Shown piece after piece: positions 56,819 through 64,000 of a stretch of DNA of 64,000 bases. A program made the position numbers and the translations under genes. Source of the DNA: a virus. Positions within the stretch are counted from its first letter, which is position 1, and each line of letters begins with the position of its first letter. Where the stretch lies: IMG/VR virus record IMGVR_UViG_3300017917_001903, positions 22,857-86,856 of that record; one strand, 5' to 3'. The notes beneath the pieces were generated by a model. That model had not been told where the DNA came from and made no database searches. It was given only the letters and a program-made list of their open reading frames with translations.

Positions 56819-59581
56819 TTATTTTTTAAGTGTTAATTCAATCGTTAGATATGAATTGCCGTCTGCGCCGGTGACAGATTTTTCTCCGGCTACTTCATAG
56901 TCAGGCATTAGCCTTGTAGCTCTGCGTGCCAGTGTTCTATAAAGTTTAATTCTACTCTCATCATCTGCTTTACTAGCGATGATAACGCCTGTTGGCTTTT
57001 GCTGTTCTACTTCTTTTTGTAAAATAGCTGCCACTGTACTAAACACACGAACTGCGTCACCTGTACCAGTTTTGCCAGTTTTGGGCTTACCAGTTTTCAT
57101 ATCAGTGAGGTCAAAATGTATTTCTAGTTTATTAGACATATCTGGACTTTGACGATTGAACACTTGTACGCGATATAATTGGCCCGAATCTGTTTGGAAG
57201 CGGTATGCACGTTTGTCTGGTGTTTTTACATTTTGGATATAGTCGTATGGACTATCAGCTAGCTCGTTAACAATTGAGTATAGTCTGCCAGGCTTTTTAT
57301 TTTCTACAGGAAAGACTGGGTCTGGACTTTTAAAGTCTTGCTTGCGCATGATTGTTTTAGCTACTAAATCAAGCTCTTGGGTATCTCTGTCCCATTTTAA
57401 AACAAATGGCATGTTAACATTAGTTTGCATGTCTTTCATTACAGCTTCAGCATCAGGTCCCATCTGTGCAATAGGTTTACCCCAACGTTTAAACTCTTGT
57501 TTAAACAAACGTGTCAGTTCAGCAGGTGTAATTGGTTTTACATTACGAGCATCGTTAACACGATCAATGAAATGACGAGTAAAGTTTACATCAATACCAA
57601 CCTTGCTGAATAGCTTGTCAGCATATTGTTCGATAACATCTAAATCAGCCTGTGAAACATCTTCGCCTAATTTGCCTGTGTGAATTTCTGGCTCTTCGTG
57701 TGATCCGCCAATATCTTTCCATGCAACGCCCAGTCGGTCTAGTGTCTTTTTCATTTTCTCCATTTCTTCTGGTGAAGCAAATGTAATAGTCATGTCCGAT
57801 GGTCCAACACCTAACTCATGCTTGTCGTAGTTTGCAAGACTAGTATAGTGTTGCCCTAGCTTATAAAAGTCCATGTCATCGGATTTATCTACAACTAGTG
57901 TGTATTTTGGTGCTGTTAAGTTTGAATGTTGATAGCCAGGCTCGTCGGGTTCTACTGGTGCTTTCTCGCCCATGTGCTTAAAATATTGAACTTGGCGCTC
58001 ACGCTTTTCTGCACCAGCTTTGCTAGGATATGTACCTAAATTCTTTTTACCGTCTTTACTGTATAATCTGTATCCGCCTTTTACTTTGCGAATAGTTTCG
58101 TCAACACCTGCTCCTAGATACTTATCCAATGTTGCTTTAACATCACTAATGTTGCCCACGTGGCCTTTATACTTAACACCAATGCCGCCGGCATTAGTCC
58201 ACTTCTCGAGATACTTAGGATAGTCGTCAATAAGAATGTTTGGTGTACCATCTGGCTGTGTAGCAAACTGTGCTTTGTCGCCGGTGAAGTGCATGCCTTT
58301 AGGTTGGATCTTTAGATACTTACGTACCCATGCTGCTTTGTGTTTAGCACTGCCTTCACGGTCATACTTAAGTGGCGAACTGAGAATGTACCAGTCGCCG
58401 CCGCTCATTTGATTGACCATTGCGATAAGTTGATCTGCTTGATCATACTTAGGCAAAGTATAAAAGAAATCAGTGCCAGAAAATGATGCCATTGCATCTT
58501 CAATATCTTGTAATGCTAGCGCACGCGGTTCTGCGTGCCCTGTTGCAGCCGTAACACCAGCATAGAAGTTAGCAAGTACGCCGTCCATGTCTACGTAAAC
58601 TTTTGGCTTGCCTTGTGGTGCTTCCTCGTTGCGGATGCCTTTGCTCTTAGTACCGCCTTGACGTCTAATTGCGTTTAATTCATCATATGCAGAAACAACT
58701 GTGTTTAGAGTATTAGACAACTGCTTAACATGTTGTGCTGCACTACGGAATGCTTGTCCATGATCGACTTCTAAATCTTTTGCTAAACTTGATGCTTCTC
58801 TGCGAGCCTTGTTGCGCAATCCAGCCAAGCTATAACGGCCAGCACCACCGAGGACTAATACCTCAGTGTTGTCCATGGGGGCATCTTTATCTAATCTATA
58901 GATGACTTTACTGTCTACATCTTCTTCAGTTACACTTTTTTGTAACTGTGCTTTACTGATCCAATCACGTGCTTGTGCAGTTACTGGTGCGTCAATAAAC
59001 CTGTCTACTCTTTTCAGTGGAGTATTAAAATCTGGATTCTCATCGTTGATTACTTCAACGAAGTTTTCGCCAAACACTTCAGCTAGCTGGACTTTGTTTT
59101 CCTGTACTTGCTTGTGAGACTTCAAAACAATTTCTGATGGAACTTTTCTATCACGCATTAAGTTTCGTTGTAGCGCAATTTTTAAACTGGTGTTAACAAA
59201 CACCATCATTGTTTGATAGCCAATTGCTTCTAACTCAATCTTCAGCTTGACCATCTTGTTTACATCTTTAGCAGTGCCATCAATGATAAGACCTAAGCGA
59301 CCATCTAGATACATGTCTTGCTTTTTCTTAGTAATGTCTTTAGCACGCTGACGTGCAACATCACGTTCTGGTTGCTCTTCGGGCGGCATTTCAAAACTTA
59401 GATTACGTTTACGCATTAAATATTCAAATGCGTCATCGCTATTAACTACTTTTAGTCCACGTGAAACAAGTCCTAGTTGAGCAGCTACATAACTCTTGCC
59501 GCTACCAGGGCCGCCGGCCAAAAAGATAGCTTTAAAAATTCCAGGGTCGTTAGGACCTTCTTGTAAGTCAGTAAATCTCAT
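56819..59581 (-). CDS. 920-aa multi-enzyme polyprotein (P-loop kinase + HAD 5'-nucleotidase + further modules)
   Basis: MRFTDLQE; LAGGPGSGKS...IIDGT; VYVDMDGVL...ILIDD; FTRHFIDRVND; TGTGDAVRVFSTV. Confidence 0.75.
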   Translation of the reverse strand: MRFTDLQEGPNDPGIFKAIFLAGGPGSGKSYVAAQLGLVSRGLKVVNSDDAFEYLMRKRNLSFEMPPEEQPERDVARQRAKDITKKKQDMYLDGRLGLIIDGTAKDVNKMVKLKIELEAIGYQTMMVFVNTSLKIALQRNLMRDRKVPSEIVLKSHKQVQENKVQLAEVFGENFVEVINDENPDFNTPLKRVDRFIDAPVTAQARDWISKAQLQKSVTEEDVDSKVIYRLDKDAPMDNTEVLVLGGAGRYSLAGLRNKARREASSLAKDLEVDHGQAFRSAAQHVKQLSNTLNTVVSAYDELNAIRRQGGTKSKGIRNEEAPQGKPKVYVDMDGVLANFYAGVTAATGHAEPRALALQDIEDAMASFSGTDFFYTLPKYDQADQLIAMVNQMSGGDWYILSSPLKYDREGSAKHKAAWVRKYLKIQPKGMHFTGDKAQFATQPDGTPNILIDDYPKYLEKWTNAGGIGVKYKGHVGNISDVKATLDKYLGAGVDETIRKVKGGYRLYSKDGKKNLGTYPSKAGAEKRERQVQYFKHMGEKAPVEPDEPGYQHSNLTAPKYTLVVDKSDDMDFYKLGQHYTSLANYDKHELGVGPSDMTITFASPEEMEKMKKTLDRLGVAWKDIGGSHEEPEIHTGKLGEDVSQADLDVIEQYADKLFSKVGIDVNFTRHFIDRVNDARNVKPITPAELTRLFKQEFKRWGKPIAQMGPDAEAVMKDMQTNVNMPFVLKWDRDTQELDLVAKTIMRKQDFKSPDPVFPVENKKPGRLYSIVNELADSPYDYIQNVKTPDKRAYRFQTDSGQLYRVQVFNRQSPDMSNKLEIHFDLTDMKTGKPKTGKTGTGDAVRVFSTVAAILQKEVEQQKPTGVIIASKADDESRIKLYRTLARRATRLMPDYEVAGEKSVTGADGNSYLTIELTLKK

Positions 59582-59628
59582 AGCAATAGTGTTCCATTTA
59601 TTGCTATATTTATCACTTTTATCAAATG

Positions 59629-60504
59629 TTAAATAATTTTACTATGCAGGTCTGTTTTTGTTCTATCCCATTGAAGATCAGACACAGGACAACGTGAACA
59701 CACATCTTCAGGTGCATGAATCTGAGACCAGCTGTCTGCATTGTGGTCAGACAGCAAATCGTAAGGCACATAGTCTCTTAAGAATTGCCAGCTACTGTTG
59801 TATAAATTTTTAGATTCAACAACTTTTAACAACATTGCCGTCATTGGGCATTTGTAGATTTTGCCGTCTTTAATGTGCGGTGTAGGACATAAGCATTTTT
59901 TAAATGCATCTTCTTTAGAATTATTAAATCTCACAGGTAACTCGTGTTCATCTAGCAATGGATATTTCCATTCTATGCCCGAGTTATATGTAAAGCGAAT
60001 ACCAATTCTATTGTAAATTGCTATACGATCATATTTTTGTGTGATGCTGTGTTTACATAAAAATCGTTTAACTTCATCCGCTGGTATGTTTAAAAACTCA
60101 GCTATACTATTGCATAAATTTGTTATGTACTTAGAATCAATTTTAGGATCATAGTGTACACTAATTGACACTAATAGTTTAGGATCGGTGTCTATTACTT
60201 CTTTAAGCCATTTGTTTTTATGTAGTAGTAAACCGTTGGTAGTAAGTGTATACTTTTTTGCAGGCGCAAGTTTTTTAATCAACTTGGGCAAGTGGGGATA
60301 CATTAATGTTTCCCCACCGGCTATTTCTATATGAGCTACTTCAAAACGATCAAATAAAATATCTAAATCTCTATCCCAGTGTACTTCATCTGGTATGTTT
60401 CTAGTTTCTAAATGATTAGAGTAATTAACACAACCTCTACAAGACAGATTGCAATTAAATGTAGGATGATATACTACATCGTTGAGAAGAATTTTTTCCG
60501 GCAT
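59629..60504 (-). CDS. Radical SAM protein
   Basis: CNLSCRGC, GGETL, TTNG; GKIYKC. Confidence 0.85.
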   Translation of the reverse strand: MPEKILLNDVVYHPTFNCNLSCRGCVNYSNHLETRNIPDEVHWDRDLDILFDRFEVAHIEIAGGETLMYPHLPKLIKKLAPAKKYTLTTNGLLLHKNKWLKEVIDTDPKLLVSISVHYDPKIDSKYITNLCNSIAEFLNIPADEVKRFLCKHSITQKYDRIAIYNRIGIRFTYNSGIEWKYPLLDEHELPVRFNNSKEDAFKKCLCPTPHIKDGKIYKCPMTAMLLKVVESKNLYNSSWQFLRDYVPYDLLSDHNADSWSQIHAPEDVCSRCPVSDLQWDRTKTDLHSKII

Positions 60505-60507
60505 AGA

Positions 60508-61077
60508 TCACGATGTTAATCTTGCGTTAATTATTTCCCAATTGATTATGCGCCAAATATTATCTAGATATTTGCTTTTGTCGTGTTCGTAGTCTAGTGC
60601 CCAGGCATGTTCCCACCAGTCGACTAATAATGCAATATCATTTTTAATTTCATGGTTGGCGATAGTTTTAATCTCGCCCTTCTTACTGAGGTATACCCAA
60701 CCGCTACCTTGTATAGCCATAGCGGCTTCTTTAAACTTATCTTTAAAGTTTTCAAAACTTTCATAATGAGCCATGATAAGACTTGAAGATAGACCGTGAG
60801 GTCTGTTACCGCTTACCGGTTTCTTAAATTGTGGGAACAGTACATTATGTAAAAATGCGCCAGCTTCATTAAAATCTGGGTCACCATCGCTAGCATTAAA
60901 ACGTTCTACATAACCTTTGTGTAATTTGTTATAGTGATACTTCATCGCTTCTTCGCTGATCACAGGCTCAAGGTCGTCGAGCTCGTATGGCAAACGCTCA
61001 CGCACTAGCCATGGCCTATTACCAATACTCATTATTGATGATGGCTTTGCACCTTCCTCTAAGTGACTTAATTTCAT
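60508..61077 (-). CDS. sod: Fe/Mn superoxide dismutase with N-terminal extension
   Basis: LPY...LEPVIS, HYNKLH, FLHN, QGSGW, DWWEHAW. Confidence 0.9.
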   Translation of the reverse strand: MKLSHLEEGAKPSSIMSIGNRPWLVRERLPYELDDLEPVISEEAMKYHYNKLHKGYVERFNASDGDPDFNEAGAFLHNVLFPQFKKPVSGNRPHGLSSSLIMAHYESFENFKDKFKEAAMAIQGSGWVYLSKKGEIKTIANHEIKNDIALLVDWWEHAWALDYEHDKSKYLDNIWRIINWEIINARLTS

Positions 61078-63087
61078 TTAGATTTTTCCAGATTTCTTAA
61101 GATTTAACTGCAAGAACATTTCTGTTGGGCCTGCCTTGGTTGGAATAAAGCTAACACCAGGGGCGCCAGCGTGTGGACCAGCAAAGAAGTCAGCAAATTC
61201 TTGTGCGCTAGTAATGTAAACTGTTTTCTTAGCGTTAAGGACTAAGCCAAGCAATGCAGCAAAGCCGCTTTTTTCTTTGTAGTCTTCATAGTTTGCAATA
61301 GCAAAATCTTTAAGTACAGCTGATGCGTTTGAGTTATTTTTAAAGCTGGTAGCAATAAACTTTGCAGCCTTGTCACTCATAAATGCACCGTATACTGCAT
61401 AAGCAATATTATATCTGCGTTGATCGCCTACTGGTAAATCATTATTCATTAACTGCACAGCATTGCCTAAACCTAAACTTGCATTAGATTGCATGTGTTG
61501 CATGATGCTAGGTATATCGTTTTGGAACTTAGACAAGATTGCTAGTACCTGAGGCTGACTTAATGGATTCATACCCAAACGTCCGCCGCCGCTGCTGGTC
61601 TCGCTACTACTTGCTTTAAGTTCTACTAGCTCATTGTCAACAACAATGTCGCCGCCGCCTTCGCTGAGCTTAATTCTGTTACTTAACATAGCAAGAGCAA
61701 ACTCACCTGGGCCTTTCTTTTGCTTGCCAGCACCATAAGGCATCAATGCTTTAAACACATCAAACGCCATTTGGCTCTTAAAGATATTAGCAAAACTATT
61801 TACGCCTGGCTTTTTAAGTTCTTCAACATTTATTGCTGTACCTGACTCTTCAAGATCATCCAGGAACACCTTGATTGTTTTGTAATCGCTTTCAACTTGA
61901 TAGATAACTTTGGTTAAAACTTTTGTAGCTGCTTCTTTGTTCATTGCTGTTTCATCGGCAATAGGCTTTGCTACTACGTTACCAATAACACTTTGAATAT
62001 GATCGCTGTTTAAGATACGCCAGATCTGGTCAACTAGTTTAGCATCACGCTCATCGCTGATGTCTAGTGTCTTGATGATTTCAGCAATCTTTGCTTGTTC
62101 AGCAGCAAGGTCATCATACTCTCTTAGCTTTACACTTTCGTTGAGATTGAGTTGTTTTATTAACATAGGATGCATCTTCTTTACATAGTTTCTTAGTATT
62201 GGTCGTAGGCAAACACCATCACCGTGTTCTGCTCGCGCACGACGAAAATCATTAATCATATTTGGATCAGGTATCGCAAAAAATGCGTTCATCTGACCTT
62301 TAATATCTGTAGCTGGGAAAGGCTTACTTAGTAAATCATTTAGTATTCTAACTTTACTGTTGTCAGGAACGCTGTCACGTAGTACGCTTTCCTTAACACT
62401 TTCAGGTACACAGTTAGGAACAGTTTTACCGCCCTTCTTCTTTGTGCCTACCGGCTTGTAACCATCCCAGCATGGATTGTCCTTGGGATTACGCAAACTC
62501 TTTTTGCGCTCATTGGTTTTTTTCTTACCGGCGCAATGTGCCTTTTGACTGAAGCCTTTGGGATTAGAACAGTTGATGCTGTCCTTGTATTTTTTTGACC
62601 ATGCTTCGTGGATGACTGCGCTGTCAACAGTTGCTAACTTTGTTAACTGCTCACCTAAGCTAAGTTGTTCTAGTTCGTTGATAAGACTTTCCATTTCAGG
62701 ATCCTGATCAATGTTAAATTTTTCATCTGGTTCAACTACGTCATATTTGTTTAGTTTGTTCTTGATAACAACCGCGTCTGGATTGTTTTCTTTATCACCA
62801 ATTGGTGTAACTACTGTGCCAACTAGCTTGCCACTTTTATCTTTAATCTCGGTATCAACAGGAATGTCTTTTACAGGCTTTGTAATAGTAGTTGGTTGCT
62901 CTGGCTCTTTTACTAGTGGTGCTTTTTGTGTTGTTGGGCTAGCTGCCTGACTTTTGGTAGTAGGACTAGCTGATGTTGCTTTGGCAACACTGCCAGTTTG
63001 TTGTTGGCCAACAGGTGTAGGTGTACCTGGCTGTAAACCATATTCCATAAGCAAATGCTCTAGAGTTTGTATATTTTTAAATTTCAT
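61078..63087 (-). CDS. 669-aa modular polyprotein with Cys-pair basic modules and C-terminal PD-(D/E)XK-like nuclease
   Basis: WSKKYKDSINC...HC; PCWDGYK...VPNC; GPGE...GGDIVVDNELVELKAS. Confidence 0.6.
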   Translation of the reverse strand: MKFKNIQTLEHLLMEYGLQPGTPTPVGQQQTGSVAKATSASPTTKSQAASPTTQKAPLVKEPEQPTTITKPVKDIPVDTEIKDKSGKLVGTVVTPIGDKENNPDAVVIKNKLNKYDVVEPDEKFNIDQDPEMESLINELEQLSLGEQLTKLATVDSAVIHEAWSKKYKDSINCSNPKGFSQKAHCAGKKKTNERKKSLRNPKDNPCWDGYKPVGTKKKGGKTVPNCVPESVKESVLRDSVPDNSKVRILNDLLSKPFPATDIKGQMNAFFAIPDPNMINDFRRARAEHGDGVCLRPILRNYVKKMHPMLIKQLNLNESVKLREYDDLAAEQAKIAEIIKTLDISDERDAKLVDQIWRILNSDHIQSVIGNVVAKPIADETAMNKEAATKVLTKVIYQVESDYKTIKVFLDDLEESGTAINVEELKKPGVNSFANIFKSQMAFDVFKALMPYGAGKQKKGPGEFALAMLSNRIKLSEGGGDIVVDNELVELKASSSETSSGGGRLGMNPLSQPQVLAILSKFQNDIPSIMQHMQSNASLGLGNAVQLMNNDLPVGDQRRYNIAYAVYGAFMSDKAAKFIATSFKNNSNASAVLKDFAIANYEDYKEKSGFAALLGLVLNAKKTVYITSAQEFADFFAGPHAGAPGVSFIPTKAGPTEMFLQLNLKKSGKI

Positions 63088-63094
63088 TTTAATC

Positions 63095-63388
63095 TCATTT
63101 GTTCATGGACTTATTCATAGACTGCAATCTACGACTTGTTGGATTTACTCTTTTTGTTCGTCTAGACTTAAGGGACATTCTTTTACCCATTTTTGCCTTG
63201 CTTCGCTTTAAGGTTAGACGTTTTTTAAAATCTACTGGAGCACTGCATTGACTTGCTTTGCTAACTACACGACCTTTACGACGGCCGCCGGTACAACGAA
63301 CTGCACGTTTGATTTTGCTGCCTGTACGGCGCCACACCATTCTTGCTTCGACTAATGTATCTTCATTGTGTAGTTCGTTTATTTGCAT
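63095..63388 (-). CDS. Highly basic putative internal/DNA-binding protein
   Basis: MQINELHNE..LVE followed by an Arg/Lys-rich body. Confidence 0.65.
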   Translation of the reverse strand: MQINELHNEDTLVEARMVWRRTGSKIKRAVRCTGGRRKGRVVSKASQCSAPVDFKKRLTLKRSKAKMGKRMSLKSRRTKRVNPTSRRLQSMNKSMNK

Positions 63389-63389
63389 T

Positions 63390-63632
63390 TTATTTTCCTA
63401 CAAAATTAACAACTATAGCTACCACAACACTTAACAATGTTGTGACAGTAATACCAACAATACCAACTATCCAGTTTTCTAATTTATCCAAACGCTTTTC
63501 TGTGCCTTGTTTAAAATCTCTAAGCTCGGTAGTAATGTTCTCAATACGCAACATATCAGCAATTATGTGTGCTTCTAAGTTACCCGATTCTAAATACGGT
63601 TGTGGTTTTTCTTTGGTGTTTTCTTTAGACAT
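63390..63632 (-). CDS. Coiled-coil protein with C-terminal TM helix
   Basis: RLDKLE followed by a hydrophobic C-terminus. Confidence 0.6.
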   Translation of the reverse strand: MSKENTKEKPQPYLESGNLEAHIIADMLRIENITTELRDFKQGTEKRLDKLENWIVGIVGITVTTLLSVVVAIVVNFVGK

Positions 63633-63633
63633 T

Positions 63634-64000
63634 TTATAGCAGATCCTGTTTTGTGAATTCCATGTTCACTGTGTTTTTGGTATCAATAGTACCATCATTC
63701 AACACAATACCATGCAACTCGTCTTGTAAAGTCTGTATACTATGCACAGCAGCTCGCTCAAAAGCAAACTTATAAATCCATCCCGCACCTGTGATGGTAG
63801 GAGCACCATAGTTTTCTAAAACCAGGCTACCAGTACCATTTAAGTAAACAGGGTCATTCATCATAATAGGCATAGCTCTCAAACCAATTACTTGTACAAC
63901 ACTTTCAAAGTCTTTTTGACTATTATCGTTGTAGTTGCCTGTGCGTGTAATGTCTAAGGTGGTGTACAGTGTATAGAACTCAATATTACCAGTTACTACT
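63634..64000 (-). CDS. Hypothetical protein, 5'-truncated by the window edge
   Basis: Frame open to the window end (…IEFYTLYTTLDIT…QVIGLRAMP…). Confidence 0.6.
   Translation of the reverse strand, partial: VVTGNIEFYTLYTTLDITRTGNYNDNSQKDFESVVQVIGLRAMPIMMNDPVYLNGTGSLVLENYGAPTITGAGWIYKFAFERAAVHSIQTLQDELHGIVLNDGTIDTKNTVNMEFTKQDLL

Noticed and set aside
55710-56900. 396-aa plus-strand ORF
   Set aside because: Antisense shadow of the Gly/Ala-rich gene; no RBS or domain motif.

Overview
A 64 kb segment of a large lytic tailed-phage genome (T4-superfamily-like myovirus, probably jumbo). It has class Ia nrdA/nrdB plus glutaredoxin, an ATP-dependent DNA ligase, exonucleases, a PAAR spike tip, a fibre-like protein, GH19/M15A/SleB peptidoglycan hydrolases, sigma70-type early promoters and T4-type (R)ATAAATA late promoters. 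It carries many host-like genes (uvsE, iscU, def, speD-like, ahpC/ahpD, terC, sod, a GH6 cellulase) and a large set of glycosyl-, methyl- and sulfotransferases, 2OG-Fe(II) oxygenases and radical SAM enzymes. RNA genes are 8 tRNAs and a circularly permuted two-piece tmRNA of alphaproteobacterial style. Main observations: (1) the tmRNA intervening segment is filled almost exactly by a protein-coding gene with its own RBS; (2) about 10 proteins share an N-terminal M-[KR]-phi-x-[DE]-phi...E signal, and several are mosaics of modules bounded by phi-x-E sites, suggesting a capsid-targeted, prohead-protease-processed cargo-polyprotein system (kinase, nucleotidase, nuclease, SOD); (3) a tRNA(CAU) lies inside the 3' end of a deaminase CDS, upstream of a long-variable-arm tRNA(UAU); (4) several unassigned structured RNA candidates; (5) RBS-sequestering hairpins that contain late promoters. 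Annotations come from motif recognition by eye; no searches or folding programs were run.
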